Of a DNA stretch of 64,000 bases, positions 51,053 to 60,369 are shown piece after piece. The notes beneath the pieces were generated by a model. It saw only the letters and a program-made list of their open reading frames with translations. It made no database searches and had not been told where the DNA came from. Positions within the stretch are counted from its first letter, which is position 1. Every line of letters begins with the position of its first letter. The translations under genes and the position numbers were made by a program. Source of the DNA: an uncultured delta proteobacterium (GTDB taxonomy: Bacteria; Myxococcota; UBA727; VGSZ01); contig CAVZJB010000008.1 of the NCBI GenBank assembly GCA_963775425.1, positions 96,001 through 160,000 of the forward strand. Direction: 5' to 3'.

Positions 51053-51325
51053 CTAAAGGGCGTCGATGCGGGCGGCGAGGGCGTAGTCCTTGTCGCCCAC
51101 GACGCCTTCGTCGTGGGTTCGCAGCTTGACGACGACGCGGCCCCAGCCGAGCTCGATGTCGGGGTGGTGCCCGAGCGCCTCGGCCTCCGGCGAGATCTTG
51201 TTCACGAACGCCAGCGCCGTGAGCCAGTCGGGGAAACGGAACGTGCGCTCTAGGTGGTGGCCGTCGACGACGCGCCAGGCCGGATCGGCGACCGGCGGCC
51301 GCGCTCGATCGATGGGATCGGTCAT
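51053..51325 (-). CDS. phhB: Pterin-4-alpha-carbinolamine dehydratase
   Basis: LERTFRFPDW..ALAFVN..AEALGHHPDI..LRTHD. Confidence 0.88.
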   Translation of the reverse strand: MTDPIDRARPPVADPAWRVVDGHHLERTFRFPDWLTALAFVNKISPEAEALGHHPDIELGWGRVVVKLRTHDEGVVGDKDYALAARIDAL

Positions 51326-51382
51326 GAAGCCCCTCGCGGACAAAACCCTACGCAGACGCGCCGCCGCGCATTACATAGCAGC

Positions 51383-52207
51383 ATGGACCCCGTGTGGGCG
51401 CTCGCGCTCTTCGCCGGCCTCGGCCTCGTGGTCGGCGCCTACGGCACCCTCATCGGGGCGGGCGGCGGCTTCGTCGTCGTCCCCGTCCTCCTCCTCGGTC
51501 TGCACTGGACGCACGACAAGGCCGTGGGGACCTCGCTCGTCGTCGTCGCCTGCAACGCCGCCAGCGGCTCGTTCGCGTACTGGCGCCAGGGCCGCGTGGA
51601 CTTCCGCACGGGCTTGCCCTTCGCCGCCGCCACCATCCCCGGCGCCATCGCGGGCTCCACGCTCGTGCAGATGATGAGCGGGCGCGTGTTCAACATCGCG
51701 TTCGGCGTGCTGCTCATCCTCGTGTCGCTCTACTTGATCGCGCGCCCGCCGCGCACGTCGACGCCGCGCACGGAGCGGCCCGCGGGCCTGCTCGGCTTCG
51801 GGTGGAGCGTGCGCCACCTCGTCGACAAGAGCGGCACCGAGTACAACTACGGCTTCTCGATGCCGCTCGGCTTGTTGTTGAGCTTCGGCGTGGGCTTTTT
51901 GTCGAGCATCCTCGGCATCGGCGGCGGCATCGTCCACGTGCCCGCGCTCGTCACGCTCTTTCAGTTCCCCGCGCACGTCGCCACGGCTACGTCGCACTTC
52001 ATCCTCGCCATCTCCGCAGCCACGGGCGCGGTGACGCACGCGACGCTCGGCAACGTCGAGGTCGGGCCCGCTTTGTCCATGGGCGCCGGCGCCGTCGTCG
52101 GCGCGCAGGTCGGCGGCGCGCTCTCGCACCGCGTGCACGCCACCTGGATCCTGCGCGCGCTCGCCGCCGCCCTCGGCCTCGTGGGCGTCCGGCTCCTCAT
52201 CGGGTGA
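51383..52207 (+). CDS. Sulfite exporter TauE/SafE family protein
   Basis: GTLIGAGGG, AVGTSL, LGIGGG..VP, ATATSHF. Confidence 0.9.
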   Translation: MDPVWALALFAGLGLVVGAYGTLIGAGGGFVVVPVLLLGLHWTHDKAVGTSLVVVACNAASGSFAYWRQGRVDFRTGLPFAAATIPGAIAGSTLVQMMSGRVFNIAFGVLLILVSLYLIARPPRTSTPRTERPAGLLGFGWSVRHLVDKSGTEYNYGFSMPLGLLLSFGVGFLSSILGIGGGIVHVPALVTLFQFPAHVATATSHFILAISAATGAVTHATLGNVEVGPALSMGAGAVVGAQVGGALSHRVHATWILRALAAALGLVGVRLLIG

Positions 52208-52700
52208 AAGGCTGACGAAAAACAAGGCTCGTAGCAGCACTCGGCGAAGCCGCGCGGAGTACGCGTCGGCGCCCAAGAACCGCTGCAGGTTGTGAGGGAA
52301 CGGCGGGTCCGAGCGGTGTTGTGATCCCGCTATCGGCGCACGTGGCGGCTTCGTGCGGGTCGTGTGCGCGCCGACGTGCCTCGATGCGACGTCGGTGCGG
52401 ACTTCAGGCGGTGAGCTTCGCGAGGTTCTGCAGCAGGTTGAAGGCCACGGCCTCGGCGCTGCCTGTGAGCCCGTCGAGCTCGAGCCCGCCGATCACGCGG
52501 TCGAGTTGCGAAGTGCTTGGGCGCTCGGAATCAGCGAAGGCTAGACAACGTCGCCACCGCCGGAGCGGAAAGGAGCGGAGAGCTCGGCGCCCCGGCGCTC
52601 AACTCGGCGCGCGTCTTCGTCGCCGAGCTCGGAGCTCCTTTCCGCTCCGCCGTGTGGCCGTAGCACCGGCCCCTTCCGGGTGGCTCGGATCAACAGTCAG
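52205..52700 (-). mobile_element. MITE-like structured element, copy 2, with possible transposase remnant
   Basis: Inverted homolog of 26902-27333 with extra ~130 bp (52404-52533) reading ..EAVAFNLLQNLAKLTA*. Confidence 0.7.
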
Positions 52701-52766
52701 CGCTCGGTCGCCACCGCCGCTCAGCGCGCGGTTGGCACATGGGTGCCGGGCGGCTACACCGGCCCG

Positions 52767-54203
52767 ATGCGCCCTCGGCTCCTCGTCGCCGCCCCCGACG
52801 GCACCGTCTACGAGCACCCCACGCTCGAGATGGCCATCGACAACGGCCAGGACGTCTCGCGGGCCGGACGCCGCGAGCTGATCCCCATCCCCGAGGGCTG
52901 GGACCTCATGGCCATGCCGGGCACGCGCCCCATCGGCTACGACCGCAGCGCGGCGCGCTTCGTCACCGTCGACAGCTTCAGCGTCGACGGCCGCACCTTC
53001 GAGCCCTGGGCCGTCGCCGTGCACCCGCCGCCAGGCTACGTGCGCGCGCACCACCCCGCCGCCGAATACACCGACGCCACGCACCCCGACAAAAAGCTGC
53101 GCGCGCTGGTGCCGCCGCCGTCGCAGCCCGACCCCAGCGCGCGCGTCTCGAAGCGCACGAAGCGCAGGTCGCTCCCGGTCCTCGAGGGCGGCGACGACAA
53201 CGCGCGCCCGGGGCTCCCGCTGTGGGCGTACACGGCCGTGGGCATGACGGAGAAGGGCCCGGTGGCGGCGCTGTTCCTCGCCGACGAGACCACGCGCTGG
53301 GCGCCGTCTTTGTACTACCAGCCCGACCTGAAGGAGCGCATCGCCGCGCGCCTCGCCGAGGACCCCGACAACCAGGTGCTCGGGCAGCTCGCGCAGTGCG
53401 CCGGCGAGTACCTCTGCTGCTGCGCCCAGAACGTCTTCTACGAGCGCTGGGAGGGCGCGGTCCCGGTGGCGCCCGCGTGCACGGCGGCGTGCCTCGGGTG
53501 CTTGAGCAAGGACCCCGCGTGGGCGACGCCGACGCCGCAGAAGCGCCTGAAGTTCCAGCCCACGCCCGAGGAGATCGGCCGGGTGATCGCGCATCACCTC
53601 GAGCGCGCGCCGGAGCCGATGATGAGCTTCGGCCAGGGCTGCGAGGGCGAGCCCACCATGAACGGGCCCGTCATCATCGAGTCCGTGCGGCGCGCCCGCG
53701 AGCGGACCACGCGCGGCGTCATCAACATCAACACCAACGGCTCGCGCCCGGAGACCGTGCGCGCGTGCGCGCGCGCGGGGGCGTCGGCGCTGCGGGTGTC
53801 CCTCAACACCTTCGATCGCGAGATGTACACGGCCTACTACCGGCCCGGCGACTACGACTTCGACGACGTGGTGAAGACGCTCTACGTCGGGCGGGACGAG
53901 GGCATGCACGTCTCCATCAACCTGCTCATCTGGCCGGGGTGGTCCGATCGCATGGCCGAGGTCGACGCCATCTCGAAGATCGTCGAGGACGGCGCGCTGC
54001 ACATGATCCAGCTCCGGAACCTGTGCGTGGACCCGGGCTACTACCGCACGGTGTTGCCCAAGGAGCGCGGCATCCTCCTCGGGATGCGCGGCTTCGTCGA
54101 CGAGCTGCACCGCCGCCACGAAAAGCTCCGCTTCGGCACCTTCAACCCGCGCCTGGCCGCGGAGTGGTACGACAGCGTCCCCGCGTTCCCCGGCCGGCTG
54201 TGA
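52767..54203 (+). CDS. Radical SAM protein of unknown function
   Basis: CTAACLGC (CxxxCxxC), SFGQGCEGEP, NTNGS; upstream YLCCCAQN. Confidence 0.9.
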   Translation: MRPRLLVAAPDGTVYEHPTLEMAIDNGQDVSRAGRRELIPIPEGWDLMAMPGTRPIGYDRSAARFVTVDSFSVDGRTFEPWAVAVHPPPGYVRAHHPAAEYTDATHPDKKLRALVPPPSQPDPSARVSKRTKRRSLPVLEGGDDNARPGLPLWAYTAVGMTEKGPVAALFLADETTRWAPSLYYQPDLKERIAARLAEDPDNQVLGQLAQCAGEYLCCCAQNVFYERWEGAVPVAPACTAACLGCLSKDPAWATPTPQKRLKFQPTPEEIGRVIAHHLERAPEPMMSFGQGCEGEPTMNGPVIIESVRRARERTTRGVININTNGSRPETVRACARAGASALRVSLNTFDREMYTAYYRPGDYDFDDVVKTLYVGRDEGMHVSINLLIWPGWSDRMAEVDAISKIVEDGALHMIQLRNLCVDPGYYRTVLPKERGILLGMRGFVDELHRRHEKLRFGTFNPRLAAEWYDSVPAFPGRL

Positions 54204-54213
54204 TGATCCCTGC

Positions 54214-54513
54214 TCACCGGCGCTCGCGCACCATGTGGAAGAAGCGCAGACACAGGCGCTTGCCGCGCGCGTGATCGCCGGCGTCGACGACGTCGCAGGC
54301 GTGCGCGATGTCGAGGATGGCGCTCATGCGGCCCGCCTTGGTGGCGAGCGTCTCTTTGTCGTCGTGGGCGAGCGCGCGGACGATGGCGTCGGACGTGGCG
54401 CGCAGCTCGTCGGCGACGAAGCCGTAGGTCGGGGGGAGATCGGTCGCGGCGTCGCCGGCGAGCGCGAGGAGCTCCCGGGAGGTGTCCCGCACGTCTTGGT
54501 CCATGGCGATCAT
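54214..54513 (-). CDS. Four-helix-bundle-like small protein
   Basis: LP..YGFVADELRATSDAIVRALA..MSAILDI pattern. Confidence 0.5.
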   Translation of the reverse strand: MIAMDQDVRDTSRELLALAGDAATDLPPTYGFVADELRATSDAIVRALAHDDKETLATKAGRMSAILDIAHACDVVDAGDHARGKRLCLRFFHMVRERR

Positions 54514-54628
54514 GCGCCCGGTGAAGCAGGTCGCATGCCACTGTGCGCGGCGCACGCGGGGCCGCTTCCGTGCGCGCCTCGATCGCCCCGGGGATCGGGC
54601 GCGGGCGCGGGTCGTTCCGTCTGGTGAC

Positions 54629-54658
54629 AAAAAAAGGGCCAGCCACCTGGGCCGGCCC
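54629..54658 (-). terminator. Intrinsic terminator
   Basis: GC hairpin followed by T7 on minus strand, after the 54708 gene. Confidence 0.55.
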
Positions 54659-54707
54659 CCCGTGAGCCCCGGCGACCTGCGCCGGGGCTCGTGAGCTCAT
54701 GCGCGTC

Positions 54708-55163
54708 TCAGCCGAACGTGCCGCCGGCGCAGCGGCCGGGGTCCGCGCAGGTGACGCCGGTGTCGCCGCAGAAGGTGACGCTGGTGCCGTCGGTGTCGGT
54801 GGCGCTGACCTCGGTGAGGGTGGCGTCGATGTCCGCGCAGGCGGGGTCGCCGGCGGCCTGGATGGTCACGCAGTGGTTGTTGCCGAGGTCCGCGGGGATG
54901 CAGGCGTCGCCGGCGTCGCAGTCGGCGGTGGCGGTGCACGGGGCGTTGGCGCCGATGTCCGTCGCCTGGCACTGGCCGTCGTTGTCGCACTCGGCGGAGG
55001 TACAGCTCTGGGTGGTGTCGTCGCAGATCGGCGTATCGCCGCTGCAGTCCGCATCGCCGTTGGCGCTGCAGTCGACGACGTTGCTACCGCCGTCGCAGCC
55101 GACTCCCACGACGAAGAGGGCGACGGGGATGGCGGCGAGAGAAAGCAATGCAAACTTCTTCAT
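54708..55163 (-). CDS. Cys-rich lipoprotein
   Basis: MKK-hydrophobic-VGVG-C; repeated CxxxxDC..C motifs. Confidence 0.8.
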   Translation of the reverse strand: MKKFALLSLAAIPVALFVVGVGCDGGSNVVDCSANGDADCSGDTPICDDTTQSCTSAECDNDGQCQATDIGANAPCTATADCDAGDACIPADLGNNHCVTIQAAGDPACADIDATLTEVSATDTDGTSVTFCGDTGVTCADPGRCAGGTFG

Positions 55164-55340
55164 GGAACCACTCCTGGTGTCTCGGGCGGGGGGACTCTGA
55201 CCCGGACGGTTCGACGAACGCAAGCGTCTTGGCATTCGCCCGGCTCGTCCGCCCGACCCGGGGTCTGAAGACGGCCCGAGCGCCTGCGCCGCGCTTTCGC
55301 GCACGACGAGACGCTCGGGACCGACGATGCGGGCAGTCGG

Positions 55341-55625
55341 CTATTCGCCTTCGCCTTCGCCTTCGCCTTCTCCTTCTCCTTCTCCTTCGCCTTCGCCTTC
55401 GCCTTCGCCTTCGCCTTCGCCCTCTCCTTCTCCTTCGCCTTCGCCTTCGCCCTCTCCTTCGCCTTCACCCTCGCCTTCGCCTTCACCCTCGCCTTCGCCT
55501 TCGCCCTCGCCTTCGCCTTCGCCTTCGCCCTCGCCTTCGCCTTCGCCTTCGCAGCCCACGACGGTGGTCGTCAGACCGGTGACGAGCAATCCCGCGAAGA
55601 CTGCCGCCAATGCCACACGCATCAT
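55341..55625 (-). CDS. Minimal lipoprotein: signal peptide + Cys + ~69-residue (EG)n
   Basis: MMRVALAAVFAGLLVTGLTTTVVG-C then only EG to TAG; RBS AGGAGG. Confidence 0.75.
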   Translation of the reverse strand: MMRVALAAVFAGLLVTGLTTTVVGCEGEGEGEGEGEGEGEGEGEGEGEGEGEGEGEGEGEGEGEGEGEGEGEGEGEGEGEGEGEGEGEGEGEGE

Positions 55626-55733
55626 GATGGTTTCCTCCTGGGCGCCGTCTGTCGACGCCGCACAACCGTACCCGATGCCGTTCTGATTTCGCGAGATTCT
55701 CAGATCGTGGGAAATTGTCCCGACTCGCCTCAC

Positions 55734-55766
55734 AAAAAGAGACGGCCCCCGTCGCCGGGGGCCGTC
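55734..55766 (-). terminator. Intrinsic terminator
   Basis: Stem GACGGCCCCCG/CGGGGGCCGTC followed by TCTTTTT. Confidence 0.8.
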
Positions 55767-55799
55767 AATCACGACACGAATGTCGCGGTTTTGCTCAGG

Positions 55800-56729
55800 T
55801 CACTCGCACACGTACGACGTGCCGTCGAACGAGGTCGTGCCGTTGCAGTCACCCGCGGCGTTGCAGCCACAGATGTGATCGTTGCCGCAGACGTCGCCGC
55901 CGGCGGAGCCGGTGCACTCGTCGTCAGAGGCGCAGCCGCAGCTGCCGTTGTCGGTGTTGCACACCGAGGGCGCGGTGCCGGTGGCACCACACTCGCCGTC
56001 GTCGGTGCAGCCGCACGTGTGCGTCGCCGTGTAGCAGGTGGTCTGCGCGCCGGTCGCACAATCCGCGTCGGCGAGGCACTGCACGCACTGCCCGGAGGAC
56101 GTGTCGCACTTCAGCGTGCCGCAGTCGGCGTCGGTGGTGCACGCCGGGCTGTTGATCTCACAGAGGCTGTCCGCGTTGCAGGTGGAGTCCACGAAGGTGC
56201 AGACGTCGACGTCGGCCCCCGTGATGTCCTTCAGCGTGGTCAGGGTGCCTGCCGCGCAGGCGCCCGCGGTCGCCTCGAGGCTGTCACAACGGCCCTGGGC
56301 TCCGCTGGCGCCCGTCTGGTCGAGGTCGATGCAGTGCGTGTTCGGCGTGGTGCAATCCGCGTTCGCGGTGCACGCCGTGGTGCCCACGAAGCGCGCGGCA
56401 CAATCGTTGTTTCCGCCGCAGGTGTCCGCGGCGCAGCGGCTCGCGGTCGTGTCGCAGTGGAAGAAGACGTTGGAGCCGCCGATCTCGCAGTCGGCGTCGG
56501 CCGTGCACGACTCCTGGCAGATGGCCTCGCCTTCGCCTTCGCCTTCGCCCTCTCCTTCGCCTTCGCCTTCGCCCTCGCCCTCACCCTCGCCTTCGCCTTC
56601 GCCTTCGCCTTCGCCCTCGCCTTCGCCTTCGCCTTCACCTTCGCCTTCGCCTTCGCAGCCCGTGAAGGCCGTGGTCAGACCGATGACGAACACACTCGCC
56701 AGGATTCCCGTCAATGCAACGCGCAACAT
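55800..56729 (-). CDS. Poly-GE lipoprotein with tandem Cys-rich repeats
   Basis: MLRVALTG..FTG-C-(EG)n then CTxDADC repeats; RBS AGGAGG. Confidence 0.85.
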   Translation of the reverse strand: MLRVALTGILASVFVIGLTTAFTGCEGEGEGEGEGEGEGEGEGEGEGEGEGEGEGEGEGEGEGEGEGEAICQESCTADADCEIGGSNVFFHCDTTASRCAADTCGGNNDCAARFVGTTACTANADCTTPNTHCIDLDQTGASGAQGRCDSLEATAGACAAGTLTTLKDITGADVDVCTFVDSTCNADSLCEINSPACTTDADCGTLKCDTSSGQCVQCLADADCATGAQTTCYTATHTCGCTDDGECGATGTAPSVCNTDNGSCGCASDDECTGSAGGDVCGNDHICGCNAAGDCNGTTSFDGTSYVCE

Positions 56730-56843
56730 ATGTCCTCCTTGCGCCAGGGTCGGCGCACGCCCGGGACTGTACCCGAGGTCGGGCCCGCGCAAGAAGATTC
56801 TCATACCGAGACGGAGACGCGCGTCCGCTATGGTGGAGGGCGC

Positions 56844-57308
56844 ATGGCGCGCGATCCCGTTTCGATGTTCTGTTTCTCGCTCGTGCTCGTGAAGCGCGGG
56901 CAGCGCTTCCTCCTCGTGCACGAGCGGAAGCATGGGCAGGGGTGGTACCTGCCCGCGGGGGGCGTTGAGCCCGGCGAGACGTTCGCCGAGGCCGCGCTGC
57001 GCGAGACGCGGGAGGAGGCCGGGATCGACATCGAGCTCGAGGGCGTCCTCAAGATCCAGCACACGCCCATCCAAATCACGTCCGGCGCCGGCGGCGCGCG
57101 CATCCGCGTGTTCTTCCTCGCGCGCCCCCGCGACGACGCGCCGCCCAAGTCCGTCCCCGACGAGCACTCGCTCGAGGCCCGCTGGTTCACCGTCGACGAG
57201 CTCGCCGGCGCTCCCCTGCGCGGCGACGAGGTCGAGCAGTGGATCAAGTACACGCTTCAAGGGCCCGTCGTCGCGCCGCTTTCGATCCTGGCGCGCGAGG
57301 TGCCTTGA
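56844..57308 (+). CDS. NUDIX hydrolase
   Basis: PAGGVEPGETFAEAALRETREEAG Nudix box. Confidence 0.93.
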   Translation: MARDPVSMFCFSLVLVKRGQRFLLVHERKHGQGWYLPAGGVEPGETFAEAALRETREEAGIDIELEGVLKIQHTPIQITSGAGGARIRVFFLARPRDDAPPKSVPDEHSLEARWFTVDELAGAPLRGDEVEQWIKYTLQGPVVAPLSILAREVP

Positions 57309-57393
57309 CGTCGTCCGCCGGGGCGCGCCGGCGCGCGGAGACGGCGGCGCCTGCGGCGTCGACGGCGGATCCCGGATTCGCTAAAGAGCGCGC

Positions 57394-59019
57394 ATGAAGC
57401 TGCGCTCCGAAGAGCCCAAGGTCTCGCTGGCCAAGTTCTTCACGTCGCCCTTCGACAACGCCGTCGCCACGGCGCGCACGTGCTACTCGTCGCGCGTCAT
57501 CACCGACGAGGACGTGCGCAAGAACATCCCCCTGCGCGACCGCATCGCCGCCAGCACCTACAAGGCCGGCCACCACACCACGCTGCAGCACGCGCACTTC
57601 GAGTTCATCGTCGACGGCGTGTCGCGGCAGGCGCTGTGGTCCTTCTTCCACGCGCACCCGTTCTACAATTCGGAGCAGGTGAGCCAGCGCTACGTCGAGG
57701 TGAAGCCCGGCCGCGTGCTCAAGCCCGCCCTCGACGACAAGCTCGACGCTTTGTGGGACGCCTGCGTCGAGCGCCAGATGCGCGTCTATCACGAGCTCAA
57801 CGAGCTGTTGCTCCCCACGGTGCAGCGCCTGTACTTCGGCATCTTCCCCGCGCGCGACCGCGAGGTCGTCGACAAGCGCTGGACCGGCGCGATGAAGAAG
57901 CGCGCGCAGGAGGTGTCGCGCTACGTGCTCCCCATCGGCACGCACGCGCACCTGTATCACACGGTCAGCGGGCTCACGCTGCACCGCTACCACCGCATCG
58001 CCGACAGCCACGACTGCCCGAGCGAGCAGCGGATCATCGTCGACAAGATGATCGACTGCTTGCGCGCGGTGGACCCCGACTTCGGCGCGCTCCTCGAGGA
58101 CACGCTGCCGCTCGAGGACACCCCCGACGCCCGCGCGCTGCGCCGCGTACGGGGCGGCGCGCCCCGTGGCGCGGGCAACGGCGCGGTCCCCGCCGACGGC
58201 GGCGGCGCCGCGCTCGTCGATGCCGCGCTCACCCGCGCGTTCAAGCGGGAGTTCGACGACGCGCTCGAGGGGCGCACCTCCAAGCTCGTGTCGATGACGA
58301 CGGAGCCCGCGCGGCTGCTCGCGCGCTGCGTGCGCGAGGCGCTCGGCGTGCCGCGCGCCCGGCTCTCCGACGAGGACGCCGTGGCCATGCTCCTCGACCC
58401 CAGGGAGAACGCCGCGCTCGGCGAGAGCCTCAGCTTGCTCACGCTGCAGAAGGCGTCGCGGGCGCTGGAGATGGTGCACTTCACCTTCCAGCGCAAGATC
58501 TCGCACAGCGCCGACAGCCAAGCGCAGCGCCACCGCATGACGCCCGGGACGCGGCCGGTGCTGTGGACGCAATTCGTGCCCGGCGAGCCCGACTACGTCC
58601 TGCCCGTCATCTTCGAGCAGGACGACGCCGCGAAGGCGCGCGCGCTCTACGAGGGCGAGATGCGCGCGGTCTTCGAAGACATCCGGGTGTTGCACGAGGC
58701 CGGCGTCGAGCCCGAGGTCTGGCAGTACCTGCTGCCGAACGCGGCGCCTGTCCGCTACACCGAGACGGGCTCGCTCCTCGACCAGCACCACAAGTGGACC
58801 ACCCGCCTCTGCTACAACGCGCAGGAGGAGATCTGGCGCGCGTCCAAGGACGAGGTCGAACAGCTCGCCATGGCCGCGCCCGAGCTCGCCACCTGGCTCT
58901 TGCCGCCCTGCGGCCAACGCAAGCGCGCCGAGGTCACGCCGTACTGCCCCGAAGGCGAGCGCTTCTGCGGCCAGCCCGTGTGGACGCAGGAGCGATCGTC
59001 GTACCTGAGGGTCCTGTGA
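57394..59019 (+). CDS. thyX: FAD-dependent thymidylate synthase, tandem two-domain form
   Basis: GHHTTLQH..GVSR..SQRYV (domain 1); ALEMVHFTF..QRHR..YLLPNA..AQEEI (domain 2). Confidence 0.8.
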   Translation: MKLRSEEPKVSLAKFFTSPFDNAVATARTCYSSRVITDEDVRKNIPLRDRIAASTYKAGHHTTLQHAHFEFIVDGVSRQALWSFFHAHPFYNSEQVSQRYVEVKPGRVLKPALDDKLDALWDACVERQMRVYHELNELLLPTVQRLYFGIFPARDREVVDKRWTGAMKKRAQEVSRYVLPIGTHAHLYHTVSGLTLHRYHRIADSHDCPSEQRIIVDKMIDCLRAVDPDFGALLEDTLPLEDTPDARALRRVRGGAPRGAGNGAVPADGGGAALVDAALTRAFKREFDDALEGRTSKLVSMTTEPARLLARCVREALGVPRARLSDEDAVAMLLDPRENAALGESLSLLTLQKASRALEMVHFTFQRKISHSADSQAQRHRMTPGTRPVLWTQFVPGEPDYVLPVIFEQDDAAKARALYEGEMRAVFEDIRVLHEAGVEPEVWQYLLPNAAPVRYTETGSLLDQHHKWTTRLCYNAQEEIWRASKDEVEQLAMAAPELATWLLPPCGQRKRAEVTPYCPEGERFCGQPVWTQERSSYLRVL

Positions 59020-59107
59020 CCCGCCGGCGGCGAGCGAGCCGCCGCGCCACGAGCTCGTCGCCGCCTGCGTCGATGACGACGACGAGCGCGCGCCCGAGGG
59101 GGGCGCC

Positions 59108-60262
59108 GTGAAGCGCGCCGTCGTGCTCGGGGCCGGGCGCGTGGGGTCTGCCATGGCCGTCGACCTCGCCGGCGACGCCGCCGTCACCGTCGTCGACGCG
59201 GACGCCGCGGCGCTGTCACGCATGGCCACGCGCATCGAGAAGGCCGGCGTCAGCGTCGCCGCAAGGCAGGCCGACCTCGGTGACCCGCGCGCCGTCGCCG
59301 GCGTCGTGGACGGCGCCGACGTCGTGCTCGGCGCGCTGTCGAGCAGGCTCGGGATGCAGACGCTGCGCGCCGTCGTCGAGGCCGGCAAGCGGTACGTGGA
59401 CATCTCGTTCATGGCCGAGGACGCGCTCGCCCTCGACGCGCTCGCCAGGGAAAAGGGCGCGTGCGTCGTGGTCGACTGCGGCGTCGCCCCCGGCGTCAGC
59501 AACCTGCTCGCGGGGCACGCGGCGCGGGTGTTGTCGCCGTGCGAGAGCATCGAGATCTTCGTCGGCGGCTTGCCCGTCGAGCGCACCTGGCCCTTCGAGT
59601 ACAAGGCGGGCTTCGCCCCGTTCGACGTCATCGAGGAGTACGTCCGCCCCGCGCGCCTGGTGCAGGGCGGCAAGGTGGTGGTGAAGGAGGCGCTGTCGGA
59701 GCCCGAGCGCATCGACTTCGCCGGCGTCGGCACGCTCGAGGCGTTCAACACCGACGGCCTGCGCTCGCTGACCACCACGCTCGCGGTGCCCGACATGCGC
59801 GAAAAGACCTTGCGCTACCCCGGCCACGCGGAGCTCATGCGCGTGCTGCGCGCCACCGGCCTGTTCGACACGGAGCCCGTCGACGTCAAAGGCGCCAAGG
59901 TCGTCCCGCGCGACGTCGCCGCGGCGCTCCTGTTCCCGCGTTGGTCGTTCGCGCCCGGCGAAGCGGACCTCACGGTGCTGCGCGTCGCCGCCGTCGGCGA
60001 GAACGAAAACGGCGTCCGCGTGCGCATGTGCTGGGACATGCTCGACCGCTACGACGCCGACGCCGGCATGCACGCCATGGCGCGCACCACCGCGTTCCCC
60101 GCCACCGCCGTCGCGCGCCGCATGCTCGCCGGCCAGGTGACGGCGCCCGGCGTGGTGGCTCCGGAGGCGCTCGCCGCCGACACGGCCGTCGTCGACGCGG
60201 TGCTGAAGGACCTCGAGCGCCGCGGCATCCGCATCACGCTCACCGTCGCCGAGCTCCCTTAG
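59108..60262 (+). CDS. Saccharopine/lysine 6-dehydrogenase family protein
   Basis: VLGAGRVG, DCGVAPGVSN, VGGLP, LEAFNTDGLRSL, EKTLRYPGH, MARTT. Confidence 0.9.
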   Translation: MKRAVVLGAGRVGSAMAVDLAGDAAVTVVDADAAALSRMATRIEKAGVSVAARQADLGDPRAVAGVVDGADVVLGALSSRLGMQTLRAVVEAGKRYVDISFMAEDALALDALAREKGACVVVDCGVAPGVSNLLAGHAARVLSPCESIEIFVGGLPVERTWPFEYKAGFAPFDVIEEYVRPARLVQGGKVVVKEALSEPERIDFAGVGTLEAFNTDGLRSLTTTLAVPDMREKTLRYPGHAELMRVLRATGLFDTEPVDVKGAKVVPRDVAAALLFPRWSFAPGEADLTVLRVAAVGENENGVRVRMCWDMLDRYDADAGMHAMARTTAFPATAVARRMLAGQVTAPGVVAPEALAADTAVVDAVLKDLERRGIRITLTVAELP

Positions 60263-60369
60263 AACGCCGAACACCGTCATGCCTCCCCGCTCGCCGATCA
60301 CGCTGAGCCGGGTCCGAACGCTCGCGGCAACCTGATCGGTGTTTTAGGCGGTCGACGACGAGCCGGCGC

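Noticed and set aside
55327-55686. Poly-(Ser-Pro) ORFs, also at 2326, 15801, 41932, 43435, 44326, 45255, 56038
   Set aside because: Antisense shadows of GE tracts; the opposite strand has the signal peptides
52767-56729. RiPP cluster (radical SAM acting on Cys-rich or GE peptides)
   Set aside because: The neighbours are Sec lipoproteins on the opposite strand; no RRE, SPASM domain, peptidase or transporter; GCEGE in the enzyme is a variant of the GGE motif
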